A stretch of 64,000 nt of DNA from Octopus bimaculoides (GCF_001194135.2 NC_068981.1:198822314-198886313); one strand, 5' to 3'. Numbered from the stretch's first letter, positions 26,101 to 40,606 are shown. Notes: a model not told the origin generated them from the letters alone. Made by a program: numbers and translations.

Positions 26101-26795
26101 TTTCTTTAGTCTATCCTAGTTGAATATGGCTGCAGTTTTTAGCTGGGAGTATGTTTTCTATTTTTTTTTTTGGTTCGTGTCCAAATACCAATGGCCCTTA
26201 CCCTCCACCATATATTTCGATGACGCTTTCAGAAATGAAGACAATAAAAAAACAAGATCCTTGGGTTCAACTAATATCATGTTCAGTAACCTTTGCACTC
26301 ATTTTCGATTTCTTTTTTTTTTTTAAATTAAGAGTCCTGATTCTATTTCAAATTATCCTTTAATTAGATTAGTTTGTTTCAATGAAAGAATGATATGTTT
26401 GGTTAGAGGCAGCAGTTACTTGTCAATTAGGATTAGTCATCGTAGATCACTTAGTTCCATTAATACAAATAGAAGTAGAATGCTTGTAATGTGGGATTAC
26501 GGACTACAGAGTTAGCAATCCACATCTTGTTGAAGTCAATAAGTTGCTGAAGTAAGCAAGGAACCGAGCTTGCCGTCAATACCACGGACCAGTCTTAGCA
26601 GTTGAAGGATTTCCTCTAAAACTGTAATGAAGCTGAGAAACAGCAGTTCTATCGATATATGCAAAAAAGCCAATTTGGAAAAGTAGCCAACTCATAGAAA
26701 TGAGGTGAAAATAGTAAAATGGCAAATCAAAATAGAAATGAAAATGTTTGCTCAGTTATTGTGAAGAAATGTTTCTAAGATAATATCTTACTTAC

Positions 26796-26892
26796 CAACA
26801 ACACCAATGCCAGTGGTCCAAGGTAAACAATGAAAGCAAAGAAGAGGATCATGAGCCAAGTAAATATGCCACGGATAACCCAATTCCTCCAT
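26796..26892 (-). CDS. Cds: CDP-diacylglycerol synthase, internal coding exon encoding the first transmembrane segment
   Basis: Acceptor ctgatttctaacttacAG and donor GTaagt bound 97 nt encoding (R)[32 protein letters not shown]. This matches the conserved animal CDS motif WKNW(W/V)(V/I)RGI.T..MI..F..I.YLGP..L. Confidence 0.96.
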
Positions 26893-28134
26893 CTGTAAGT
26901 TAGAAATCAGAAATCAGTTTGGAACATTGGAAATCCATTATAAATATTGGAAGACATCAAGCTGACAACTGTTAAACAAATAATCTTAACAACACATAAT
27001 ACAGAAGGAACAAAAAAAAAAAAAAACAAAGTCTAAAAAAACAAAACAAACAAAATCAATTAGGTTAGACAAACATAACAATCTTTTGTGAATCCATTAG
27101 AGAGAATAAAAGTGAGGGGGATAGGCTGAAGAGACACTCACTCATTGATGCACTTTTCAAACAGCTCCACTTCTATCTAAAAAATAAAAGGCAGTTCCAA
27201 GTTTGCAGGTATTAGAGTTTTCTTTAAGAACAGCCATGTCTTGTTTGGTAGATGGAATTCTTTAAGAAATAACAGACACTCGTTGATTTCTTTCAAACCA
27301 TTTTGTATTACATTAAATTCCACCAAAATAATTGATGACACAGTTATGGTTTACTTTGCCTGTTATTATATATATGCGGATGTGCACATATACATTAAGT
27401 GTGTGTGTGTGTGCACGTTTTCCTGTCTTATAAGAATAAAATACTCAATGTTTCTGCTATTTTCACAGCTATACTCCGTTTGAAATTTACGCTCTTGTCT
27501 GTAACACACACACACACACATGATGGAACATTGGTTTACAAGTTAATTTGTTTTTCTGAAGGCTGTTTGTCATCTGAAATGTTAGTAAATTGAAGAGAAG
27601 GCATTTAAGAGACGAAGGCATGGTAAGTTTGATCAGTGATGTGCACTGAGTGAAAGCATAGAAGCTATGGCAGTAACTGATGCTCTCCCCCCACTGATAC
27701 AGCCAGCCTGTCCCCAACAGTTGTTGCCCCCTTGTGAACCACTCTCCTTCCTCCCACTTTTGAATACTCACCCCCACCTCATTTAGTGGAGGGGGTCCTT
27801 TTCCATTTTCCGTCTTCTTTTCTAGTCAGTTAACTGGTGACCTCACTGGAGCCAGTGACATGGAAAAAGTATTGATACAGGAACTATGCCAAAGTTGACA
27901 TTGTGGCTTGCTGTAGCACTGTGGCTTGCTGGATCCTGTCAAACTGTCCAATCCATGCCAGCATGGAAAATAGATATTAAATGATTCACACACATACACA
28001 CACATGCATTTATATACATATAGTAATGTAACAAAATTGAAGATTATGTTTTGAGGATGATTATGATGATGATGATAGTGGTGGTAATGATGATGATGAT
28101 TATTGATATCAACAACAACAAGAATTACATTTAC

Positions 28135-28256
28135 CTTGGATTTAGATTTGCCAATGCAGAATCTAAAATCTCTGTAGTTTTGTCGCTTCCTTGTGGAAGA
28201 CTGCCAGTGGCACCAAGGTCTTGAGGTAATGGTTCTGCATCATCTTCCTCAGAGCG
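28135..28256 (-). CDS. Cds: CDP-diacylglycerol synthase (phosphatidate cytidylyltransferase), internal coding exon (phase 0 in, phase 2 out)
   Basis: Acceptor gtgtgtttttctttgcAG and donor GTaaat bound 122 nt encoding RSEEDDAEPLPQDLGATGSLPQGSDKTTEILDSALANLNP(R). This closely resembles the Drosophila Cds segment LPQGTDKTPEILDSAL as I recall it, and the phase joins the next exon exactly (AG|A = Arg). Confidence 0.93.
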
Positions 28257-29149
28257 CTGCAAAGAAAAACACACAATTTCTAAGACTGAGATACAATTAT
28301 TGGAAGCAGACACAAATATTTTCTGTGGTCATCGTTTTTGATAATTTTCAAATGTCCAGCCCAAGTTAACATTTGTCTGTCACCCTTCAAGGGTCAATAG
28401 AGGGACTTAGAAACAGTTTCTTAGTGCGGAAACGGTTGCAAGTTGCAAAACACATGCCAAAAGGTTTCAGTGTTTATCAGGAGAGAATGCAGACTGTTTT
28501 GGGGATTTCTGGGGTTAATAAATAAAATACCAGTTAAATACTAACAATGGTTCTTGTTTGCTTGCCACCTGCCACCCTGAATCATGGTGCTATTTTGTGA
28601 GAAGGGTTGTGAGAGAGTACTCACAGCTGCCCTTTGTCCAGAAATGAAGAAAAGCTCAATGTTGGACTAGCAATAACTTTTCATAATCTGAATGATTGTA
28701 TTGCTGAAATTTGCCAAAAGTAAGGACCAATGTGCAGAGGTATAACAGAACAACAACAAACACACATATAAACAGCAAAAATGAAAAAAAAACAAAAAAC
28801 CAAACCCTAACCACAACAAAATCATCAACCATTGTTTGGTGAGGAATTCCAGGATTTTAGAAATTGTTTTTAAGTGAAGAGATAGACTTTCTGCCAGCTG
28901 AGTGAACCTTCTTTCAGAGAGACATTGAAAGATGGGACAGCTAAAAGGAGGAGAGGCTGCACCAGGCTGGTACTTATCTCAGCTGAGCAGACTGAAGCAA
29001 CATGAAATGAACTAACTTGCTCAAGGATATATGATGAACTACTCAGTGTAGGAATCAAAACTGACAACTCATGATCTTGAGCTGAACCACTGGGCCACGC
29101 ATGCACGCACACACGCACGCATGCACACAGATTACATGAAGATGAGAAA

Positions 29150-29560
29150 AGTTGCAGGTCCTTTAAATACTGTCCATGATGTTCTGAAGGAGACTAGCAA
29201 AATAGGGCTTGAGATAATCCCTGATATGGTGAAGCAGGTAATAGAGGTGGGTGTCGTTACCTAATGACTAATTTGATAGCAGTAAAATAATCAAGTGTTA
29301 ACGAGAGCAAGGGGGGAGGGGCTTTAGAAAGAAGCAGCTACAGAGACATCAAACAGATGGAGGATGAGTTTTGAAAGGAAGAGGTGTGTTGTAGCACCAT
29401 TGATGCAGTTTGGATTTCACCTGGGTAAGAGCAGCACTGGTCCCCTATTTACAGAGAGACAATGACAAGAGATGTTAGTTAAGAGTTGGTCTCTCTAGTA
29501 TATGTTGATGTGGAGAAGGCCTTCAACGAATGCCACGGTCTACAGTCTGGTGGTCTTTAA
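29150..29560 (+). mobile_element. RTE LINE remnant
   Basis: Decayed homology to the 11200-11620 segment (IDAVQFGF.PGKS, LVYVDVEKAF.R-like). Confidence 0.55.
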
Positions 29561-30599
29561 GAAAGCAAGTTATTCAGTGTATAGAAGAGAAAAACAGAAA
29601 ACGAGAACTCACTTTGGTGCATCCAGGGTGAACTTTGGACAGACCAGAAAGAAAGGAAAAGTCAACCTTGGCGGAATCTGAACTGAGAACATAAAAACAG
29701 ACAAAATGCCACTAAGCATTTTGTCTGACACCCTAAGGGTTCCATTAGGTTGCCAACAGCAACAACGACAACAACGACAACAGCAGTAATAATAATCCTT
29801 TCTGCTTTTGGCATAAAAAAATGAAATTGAAGGGGAGGGGATAATTAATTATGTCTACCCCAGTGCTCAACTGGTACTTACAGACCCTGAAAGAACGAAA
29901 GGTAAATGTGACCCCAGCAGAATTTGAACTCAGACCATAAAGAAGAATCAAATGCCTTTTGTCTGGTATGCTAACGACTCCGCCAGCTTGCCATCTTAGC
30001 CACAGCATCACGGGAATGGATGAGACTGGCTTCAGAAGGAAGCTGGAACTAATTTATAATATCTCTGTGACCATTGAAGATGTAGACTGAACACCAACCT
30101 GTTTGGTCACATCAGCCATTCACAAGCAGACAATTCAGTCTTTGCAGTCCTTATGACACCGTTGCATCATACATTAGTAAATAAAATTACATAAATAGGA
30201 GAGGATGACACCAATATTTTAGTAGGTTTCTTCAACTATTAGTCATAGAAGCTATATTATAAGTAAAATAAAAGATAACAACAGCACGGTATCAAACTAA
30301 TTCCACTTTTTATTGCAAAAATAAACCTGGAATTAAAGATAAAAAGTTTGAAATTCTATGATATTGATATCGCTGTAATTGCAACATTAATCTCATGATT
30401 GCTGCTTCATATAAAATGGCAAAAACACACACACAGTGCAGAGAGAGACTTCATTCAGAAGAGAGGAATAAGGAGATTTAGAAACATCAATATAGCAAGA
30501 AACTTTATTGTACCTGTTGAAATATAAAGGATTATGAGAGAAATGTATGAAACATCGTTAAATTAAAGAGAAAGTAAAGCTGTTTCTTGTATACACTGG

Positions 30600-30694
<95 letters not shown>

Positions 30695-30944
30695 AAACGT
30701 ACATGCTCAGCATGTCATTAAAGAGAGAGAGAGAGAGAAGGTGATAGATTCTGAGTAATACTTTCTGATAACAAAACCATTTGTAACTGTGCAAGAGATT
30801 TTCCAATTGATTGGTGATAATCCCTATCGATTAACAACTCCTTCCATGTTAACAAAAGCTATCATCACCAAATATGGATTATGAGATGCACACACACCAC
30901 TGTGACTCAATTCCTTCTCACGGTTTAACACCGTTTCAACATGG

Positions 30945-31880
30945 CTCCTTCCTACAGTGATTTACGATGCTGGAAAGGTCATTTATATAAATTATAAAGA
31001 GGAGCGGGCCCAAGACAGTCCCCTGAGGGACACCACTGGTGACTTTTGCTGGGCTTGAGTGGATTCCACCGATCACAATGTGTTCTGCTCTCTAGGAAAT
31101 ACTTAATCCAGTGTAGTAATTTTCCACAGATTCCAACATTTGATAATTTTGACAGTAGGGTATTGTGGTCGACCCTGTCGAATGCTTTACTGAAGTCAAG
31201 ATACATGACATCAGAGTTTGAACCTGTCCCCAAGGCTTTAAGTATATCTTCAATGTGGTGTAAGAGCTGTGTTAGACAGTCCCCGCCACAGCGAAAGCCA
31301 TGCTGGTTTGCATTTAGGAGTTTTTGGGTCTCCAGGAAGTCAGCTATCCTTGATCTCACCACCTTTTTAAACACTTTAATGATGTGGGAGGTGAGTGAGA
31401 CTGGGCGATAGTTGACTGCGAGGGATCTGTTTCCCTGTTTGAAAACCGGGATGACAGACTGGGTTAGGAGCTGTTTGGGTATATAACCTGAGTCTAAAGA
31501 ATTTCTCCAGAGGCTGGTCAGACGGACTGCAAGTTGGTGTCTACATTCCTTCAGGAGACTAGAGGGGAATCTATCAGGGCCTACAGAAGAATAGTATTTG
31601 ACCTCATTTATTGCTGCTATGATGTCTGAAGCAGTGAAGGATTTTATGTTGGGAATCAACTTCGTTCATTTCTCTTACGTCAATATCAGTGGATCACTAA
31701 AGACAGAGCAGTATTGTTTCTGCAGTATTTCTGCCATTTCTTTAGCATCGTGTTGGGGAATGCCATTATCATCGATCAATGGCCCAATGGGTGAGACAGC
31801 GGTTCTATGCTTATTTGCATATGAATAGAATACATTTGGGTTCTGTTTGATGTTTTTGATTACCCACTGTTCCTCCGCAG
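30945..31880 (-). mobile_element. CR1/L2-group non-LTR retrotransposon fragment (RT N-terminal half)
   Basis: [107 protein letters not shown]; truncated before the YxDD motif. Confidence 0.9.
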
Positions 31881-32375
31881 CAGTAAATTTATTTAACAAA
31901 ACCGCCACTGGCTTCACCCACGGACTCCAGACGACTTCAGAATCTCCAGCAACTCTTCTGAATGGTCTCCTTTTCTTTAAGTTGGTGAATGCTGCCATAA
32001 TCCTTGCCTTCAGGTCATCTGTGGTGTTACAAGGAGTTCTGTTGGTCTCTCACTCAACTGCGACCCACACATAATAATCAAGTGGGTTGCAGTCTGAGGA
32101 GTTAGGTGGCCAGATGTTAGGTGTGATGTGGTTGCAGAAATTGTCTGACAACCATGACTGGGTTCTCCTGCTTGTGTGGCATGCTGCCAGGCACAGGGTC
32201 TTCCAGCAGGAACAAAGACACAGGGTATTGCACCCTCTTGACCCAGGGCAGCACTACCTCCTCCAGGTACTTGATGTAGGCCTCTGTATTGGTTCTGAGT
32301 CTATATGGGAAGATGACTGAAGGCATAACGTTCACTCCAAACACCATGATGTTGACTGGATGTTTGATTTTTATC
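31881..32375 (-). mobile_element. mariner-family (DD37D/maT-like) transposase 3' remnant
   Basis: HPVNIMVFGV, NTEAYIKYLEEVVLPWVKRV, NSSDCNPLDYYVW.AVE.ETN.TPCNTTDDLKARIMAAFTNL. Confidence 0.8.
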
Positions 32376-32975
32376 AGCTCTCTATCTTGCCAGTCCTCAG
32401 TCAAACTGTCCAACCCATGCCAGCATGGAAAGCAGACATTAAATGATGATGATTTATCAATACACACACACATATATCTATGTCTGTATGTGTGAGTGTG
32501 TGAATATTTAATTTAAGCACAAGGCCAGCAATTCTGAGGGGGAGGGGTGGTTAGCTGATACTATTGACTCCAGTATTTGACTCAGTGAGATTTGAACACA
32601 GAAACTCAGAACTTAAAGAGCCACAACAAATACCACAAGACATTTTGCCAACACTAACATTTCTGCCAATTTGCTGTCTCAGAAAACATTTAATAATAAA
32701 AGTTGGGAGTTGTGCAAATTAAGGGCTGCATAGAAATTATACAAGAAGTCAAATTCATGTTGACCATGGCATGTTGTTGTTACATTTGAGAAAGGGGAGT
32801 TGGCAGGGAGGGTGGTGGAAAGAAAACAACCCCTGCCGCTGCCACCACCACCATCACCATCACCATCAACACGTGTATTGGACTTTTGAAGTCTAAATCA
32901 ATATGACTAAACTGGAGCCTTGAGGGTGGGAAATGTAGGTTTTGATGAATAAACTGACTGGATCAACGGAAACTC

Positions 32976-33016
<41 letters not shown>
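32976..33016. repeat. (AAT)n microsatellite
   Basis: Directly visible; also 8938-8971, 45930-45953 and (GAT)n at 51364-51397. Confidence 0.97.
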
Positions 33017-33019
<3 letters not shown>

Positions 33020-36000
33020 CGTTTTCCTTTTTCTCTGCCTTTCTTCTCCTTTTTCTCTATCACATGACTTTGTAAATGAACAATCTGGTGTGTATATTTT
33101 AATGGCCTACCTACCAATGTATACAGTACGCTTTGTGCCCTAGGTGTCATGAAGACACTTGGCAAGAAATGGAAACAGAAGTGAAAGATGATGACAATGA
33201 TGATGATGATGATAATAAAAACAAAAACAATAACAACAACAACAATAATTGTTTCAAATTTTGAATAACAAAGAAAATGAAAAAACACATCAGCATCAGT
33301 GTGAGGATGGATATTTGGTGACAGCAAAATTTCTATTGATTGTAACATTACTGAGTGAACTTTATTAGATATAGAAACCATTTCAAAGTGTTTTTCAAGT
33401 GTTGGGGATGGGGGTGGGGGTGGGGGTGATGATACAGTCATCAATTATCATGATCTGACTTGTTTGACCTTAGTTGATGTGGAAATTATAAAAGAGAAGA
33501 TTTAATCCCCTCTACTTGTGACTGATGAAACCTTGTTAAGTGAGGAATAAAACTGCAGGAAAACAGCTGTTGTGTGGAACCACTGGTCATTTATCAATGA
33601 CAATATCATATGGACCAGAGAAACAGTATTAAATCAAAGGTTGAGACAAAACAGAGGCGCCATGGAAATATCTCTAATATCAAATAGTTAAGACAATACT
33701 CCTACAGAACTGTTAAAAGGAAAAAGCAGACATGATGGTCTTTAATCACTGCTACCTGTGTTCTTAATCAACGATAATGAAGAAGAAAGAGATTTCAAAT
33801 CAGAAAGAATATTTCATTGGAGAATTTACAATTTTTTTTTTTTGTCTAATAATAAAACATTTTGGTTTTGAGACTATTTTAATGACAGAGGGTATAATTA
33901 ATTAGTGTCATTACATTATTATGGTTAGGATTATGTTGCTATTTCCACTAGCTCATCACCTTGTCCAAAAGTAGCAGGAATACAAATGGAGTAATTTGCA
34001 TTTTGTTTAGAGAAATGAAAATCCCATATTTTTGGTTTCTAAAATATTCCACTCAAAACAAATGTTTGAATAAACACTTAAGAAGAAACTGTGTGTAGAG
34101 CACTTTCCTGTTAGCATCAAAATCTGATTATTATTATAGGTTTGTACAATTATATTGAATATATTCATACACATTCAAATGTAGAAAGACAGTATGGGAA
34201 AATACAGCACTGGGCCACGAATTGTGTTACTGGAGTGCAGGGGAGGCTTTTCTGCATTGTTAAGCATCATTAGTTATGTTGTTTAGAGCCCATTAACAAC
34301 TGTTCTTATATTGAAATAGCAAACAATATATTTGCTGATGTGTGCAAAGCTTTGTCAAGCTAGAATTAATAAATTAGAAATGCACTAAACATGGTCGATT
34401 GGAATATAGATGTGTTATGTCTGAAACTACTGCTATCTAGCACCTTCGGATGATCTCTACTCGACTGCTACTCAACACTCCTACCACGGCCAGACTACCT
34501 GTCTTGGGAGATCCTACTTCTTTGCCTGGGGGCGTCGACACAACAAGATGTGTAGACTGGAATGTGGAAAGACCTTTGCTGGTAATTAAACATTTAGTTG
34601 GATTTAGAGACAATGGTTAGCATTCTGTTTCTCACAAGGTTTAGATTATTGCTGTGACACAACCAGAATCAACTGAATGAGGCCAAATGTATTATTGAGA
34701 TATAATTTATTTACTTCTGGAGTGATATACAACAAAATTGATTCTGGTAAATTTAGAACTCCAGACAAGGAGTTCATAGAATTAGTAAAACAACTCCATA
34801 TTTTCTTTCAGTTGCTATATTAATTTTTGTAGTCCATTAATTAATTAATTATTAACAAAAGAGTAAATCCTTAATTGGAAATTATGAATATGGAAATACT
34901 TATGAAAAGTTAAAACAAAAAGAAACTTAGTGAAATTTTGGGAAGCCCATAGCCCTCTGTGAGCTGTATTATTGTTTTTAACCCTGAGTAAACAGAGCTG
35001 TTTAACTCTGGGTCAACTGTGTTGTTTAGTCTTCTGGGTTACAGATGATCCCTTCTGTGAATGCCAGTTTTTCCTAGTTGTGGTCAATGAAAAGTCTTGT
35101 AGATGTTAGGAGAATTAATATCCAAGTGTCAAGCATTTCCTCTAATCATCTCAGAGTCGTTTTGAGTGGCAGCAGCAGATGGTTTCACTCACTGCCAACA
35201 TCAAATATTTATGAACAACTGCACATAAGATGAAATATCATCAATCTAAATGACAACAGAAATAAATTGAATTTTTCCATCTTTTGATCAAAATCAATGG
35301 ATGTTTTGACCGATGAATTGACTGCCATTTCAAGAAATAATGGTCACAAACTACTGCCATATAAATGATAGAAACAAAAAAGAAACAGTTTGCTTAATCT
35401 AGTTAGATTCAAGCAGAAATCAGAAAGTTGATGACAAAACCCTAGATTTCGGTTTCCAGATTCTTTAGAAACAAGAAAAATTAAATGTGAAATTGTTGGG
35501 ATTCGTTCCTGTGTAAAATTAACCTGAATTTGGCCGGAATAAAAGTTGGCAATTAAAATTGCTGACCCAGTTTGTAGAGTTTGATGTAAAGACTGAATGT
35601 TACGGTTACTTTACTGAATGAAAAGAATAAAGGGTTGATCAAAAATGAAACAGAACAAAAAGGATCAAGTCAATCATCTGCTGATCCCCATCTCTGACCA
35701 TTGCAATTGATCATCTTGAGGAAATGGAAAGGAAAGAATCATCTGGTTTACAACAAGAATATTGTAGCAAAAATATTGAAGCAAAAATTATTTGGAAGAT
35801 AAATCAGAGAAACTCGATTATTTGTAGTTATCTTTTAACTGGCACTGAGACAACCTACTTTTAACATTGGTAATGTAGGGACTACTGTCATCAACCAATC
35901 TTATATTACAGGTGTGCATGTCATTTGCCTGAAAAGTATGGTAACCATATTAGTTGTGAGAAAGCCAACCCCCCATTAATACAAAGCTTTGGCTCATTAA

Positions 36001-36563
36001 CAATTAAGCAACAATGCTAATTCTTACAGTTATTAACCTCAGAAGCTATTTTCAACCAAGGCTTCCAATTCTCATGGCAGTGTTTGCAGTGTTGAGATAG
36101 TTTTGAAGAGAGAAGAACTGAATGAGATCAAGGAATTGGTTTGCTGTTCAACAACACAAAAGAAACGATTGTGTGGAGTTTGTGAAAATGGTTTTATGAG
36201 TGGAGTGATGGGGGTTTGTAAGGATGTAAAACGGACAGAAGATGAAAACAGTCCCTAGGCATGGAAGTGAGCTAATAGTGAAGGTATGGAGTGCATCATA
36301 GCAGTTACTATTCCTGAAATATATTCTTACCGTGCTATAAGATAAGGCAGTGGGTGGGGTGGCAGTGTCAATGGCGGGGAGGGGGGGGAATATATATTTC
36401 AGCACTGATAAGACAAAAATAGTTTTCTAGGAAATGTAGCAGTGGTGATGGCAGCAGTAGTAGTAGTAGTGGCAGTAGTAGTGGTAGAAAGTAAGTTGAA
36501 ATGAATACAGAAGAGAGTTTTCATAGTTAACAATAGATGAGTTCATAAAGTTCAGATGTGTGC

Positions 36564-36598
<35 letters not shown>

Positions 36599-36727
36599 GA
36601 CATACATTGCATATATATTACACTGCATCTATCATTCCACACACACACACACACATATATATATCCTATAAACACACATGTATATACACACCACAGAAGT
36701 TATTGCAAGAGAAATATAATCTTGATG

Positions 36728-36781
<54 letters not shown>

Positions 36782-36823
36782 AAGAGNNNNNNNNNNGAGA
36801 GAGAGAGAAAGAGAGAGAGAGAA

Positions 36824-36855
<32 letters not shown>

Positions 36856-37269
36856 GAAGATCCTTTAATACAACGAACCAATGAAGTGTTTAGTAAATAT
36901 TAATGTTTTATAATGAAAAGATTAACGAGGAAGAGAGGAGGAGGAGAGAAGTGAAGTGCAAAAGGAAATCAATGGGAAATAGAATACACTTGTTTGGTAA
37001 TCATCATCATCATTATCATCATTCAACATCTGTTTCCCATGTTGGCATGGGTTGGACAGTTTGACCAGAGCTGACAAGGCCAGGGCCCACACCAGGCTCC
37101 ATTGCTCTGGTTTCTACAGCTGGATGCCCTTCCTAATGCCAGCCACTCCACAGAGTGTACTGGGGGCTTCTTATGTGGCACCAGGACTGGTCACAATTCT
37201 GTTGTGGTAGACAGGTATTCTTGAGTACAACAAGGGGCAGATATCTTAGTCCTTTGTCATCTCCTTCGT

Positions 37270-38340
37270 AAGGCTCAGTGTTTTGAGACTGGCCTCCCTA
37301 AATTTTAAGTGACAGGCAGATCTGTATGCAACTGTTGATATCCATCTGCATCACCAAACCAGTACACTCTTCTCTCTTGCATGTTGCATCTAATTCCTCT
37401 TATGCCCAGCTGTTCTCTAAATGCACTAGCACTCTGTTGCACATGTACCCTGACATTGCACAACCAGTGGAGCATACTAGCTTCATTCCTCTCTAAACTT
37501 TGTGCACCTTCTGCATGCAGGGCCCATGTCTCACTACCATGTAGCATTGCCATTCATATACATGCATCATACAGTCTTCCTTTCATTCAGAGAGAAAGAG
37601 TCCTTNNNNNNNNNNNNNNNNNNNNNNNNNNNNNNNNNNNNNNNNNNNNNNNNNNNNNNNNNNNNNNNNNNNNNNNNNNNNNNNNNNNNNNNNNNNNNNN
37701 NNNNNNNNNNNNNNNNNNNNNNNNNNNNNNNNNNNNNNNNNNNNNNNNNNNNNNNNNNNNNNNNNNNNNNNNNNNNNNNNNNNNNNNNNNNNNNNNNNNN
37801 NNNNNNNNNNNNNNNNNNNNNNNNNNNNNNNNNNNNNNNNNNNNNNNACCTTATCTAATAATCTTCCTATTATTCCACTGCACCACTTGTGTGTCCATCG
37901 CTTGCACTGGATATACCATATGGAATTCCTGTCTACACCTTTTTTCTACATATTGATCAAGGCCATTTACCTAATGGAGGAAGTGTCTTGTCCATTTTCT
38001 TATTTTCTAGAACCTTAGTCTTTGCTAAGCTAACCTTAAAGCCCTTTGATTTCAGGTTTTGCTTCCACACCTGGGGTTTCTTTTCTAGTTCTGTTACAGA
38101 ATCTGCTATGAGAGGAAGATCGTCAGCATACAGTAGTTCCCAGGGGCAGTGAGTCTTGAATTCCTCTGTTTATGGCCTGGAGGACAATGATGAATAGGAA
38201 GGGGCTGAGGACTTACTCTTGGTGGACACTAAATTCATCACTGTATTTGTGGTTAACTCTCACTTTAGTAACAGCATCTTTGTACATGACCTGTACAACT
38301 TTCACCAGCCACTCATGTATGCCTAGCCTCCTCAGAGCCC
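37270..38340 (-). mobile_element. RTE LINE remnant spanning the gap 37606-37847
   Basis: Minus strand: MLHGSETWALH..LERNEASMLHW, LPWELLYADDL, KGLKVSLAKTKV; same family as 10796-12790. Confidence 0.8.
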
Positions 38341-40562
38341 ACTATATCATGCAGCAGGGTTGAGGAGGCTTCAAGGTCTACTTTGGCATGGTTTGGCACA
38401 GGTAATATTTAGCTATAGCTAGATATACTGGAAATTAACCACACTGCTTGTATGACAGTGGCACTCATTTACAACAATCATGTGACATCAAAACAATGAG
38501 AAACAAACATATGCTCACATATATCCATACATCTATGCATATGACAGGCTTCTTTCAGTTTCTATCAGTCACAGCACTTTGACAGGCCTGGGGCTACAGT
38601 AGGTGTCACACACAGGGACTGAACACGAAATCACATGACCAGGAAGTAAACACCTGCATCTTACTATCCTAACAGCTGTTGATGGTGACACAATCCTACA
38701 TCAACCTAAACACAAATAGCCATTTAAAAATAGATTAAACAAATTTTACAGCTAATGCTTAATTAAAATTATGGCGATCTACTAAAATTTATCAAAATAT
38801 AAAATAAAAGAATATTCTTTATATTTGTGCAAAACTATTTTTATTAATATTTTTATTAGTACCTTTATTAGTACTTTTATTAGTAATGGTCATTCGTTGT
38901 ACAAATGAATAAATTATGACATTTGACTATTCTTGCTTTCTTTCAACTTGTTTTGTACAAAAATCAGATAAAATTTTTAAAAGAAATTTTAATAAAAATG
39001 ATGCTGAATGTATGAAGATAATTATATAAAATCACCATATCTCCAAATAGAAATGCTCAATATTATTACCTGGATTATATTGTATCAATAATCGACATAT
39101 AAGATATTTATTGATTTTTATTATTAGTCGTAGCACAACACTAACTTTTTAATAGACCAATATTGATATTTTGTTCATGATGGTTAAAGACGACTCAGAT
39201 GCTATTAGAATTTTATCAGAAATAAACAAAAAGTTTATTCTTGGAAAAGCACGGAATTGAAGAGGTTCTTTAAAGTAAGCAGTTTATGCCGAGAAAAGAA
39301 CATTTTGAAACCATTTTGGTTGAAGATAAAACTGCTTGTACAAACGATAAAAGAAACAAGTTTGCATGGAATAGCAGACAAAAAACATGACTGCTTTTAA
39401 CTAACATTTTCTATTCTTTCTGCTTAATTGGATGAAATAAGTTGGTTAACACTAGAATATCAACACTTTGATGTTTATGAAATGAAATTTTAGATTCTAT
39501 TTCACACACATTTTGAACATTTTTTTTCCTCTTCAAAATAAAGAAAAAAACAAAATAATTTCAAAGAAGTTTTCTTTTATGAAAGAAAATTAGGAAATCG
39601 AGTATTTAAGTGTTTGATAAAAGATTCTTTCTGCAAGTTGTGAATACATCAATAGACATGGCACAATTTCCATAGTTTAATATGGAAAACAACTGCAAGA
39701 ACAACAACAATGGCAGTAATAAACAAAAGTGTACTGAAGTGGGTTTTTTTCTTTTTGTTCTTTGGAAGGATTTCAATCTAAGAAGAACAACAAAATGGTT
39801 ATCAGAGCAGATTACTGGAATTCATTGATAAGAAAAATATTTGGTATGTAGAACACAATGAGGAAATTTTGTTGATCAAATTTCTTAACTGAAATCAAAT
39901 TTGAGCAGGAAGCAAAAAAAAAAAAAAAAAAAAGGGCTGCAACAAAACACTGATCATAGAATTTCTCAAAGTTGAACTTAGGTTTTTGTGTAGAGAACTG
40001 CAGTATATTGCAAATCAAAATTTCATCTTTGCCAATCAATAAATGCCACAGAAGTCATCTTNNNNNNNNNNAAAGACATTGAAAATGACTTGCACATGCA
40101 CAACACATCTAATTATCTTGAATAAAATTAATATCAAGATAAGACCACACGTCATTCTCTCTCTCTCTCTCTCTCTCTGCCACATCAATGAAACACACTT
40201 GCATGCATATCTGCATATTACATTGCAGCAATTACTTTTCCCATTCCAGTGAATACAGCAGCATGTTAAAGATAAGTGTAATGTTAAAGGTAAGTGTCAG
40301 CATCTCCACATTCATAATGTATTGCTTCTTGTTTTCTGTACTTAGGAACAAAAGTTCCATCTTAGTTCCAAGTAAACATCAGTCACAGATATATGATGTC
40401 ATAAATCATGTTATGTCATATATGATATGCCCAGTCCAGACATTCCAACCCTTCCATTTCACTTCTTAACTCCAATTCTCAACCAATGACAAACATGTTG
40501 CTATCAACATGACATGAATCAAGACAGATTTAGTTTTATAGTTGCAATATATATATATATTG

Positions 40563-40606
<44 letters not shown>

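Noticed and set aside
33522-33555. Additional CTGATGA motifs as hammerheads (also 1933, 57824, 61931)
   Set aside because: No stem II followed by GAAA at the required position.
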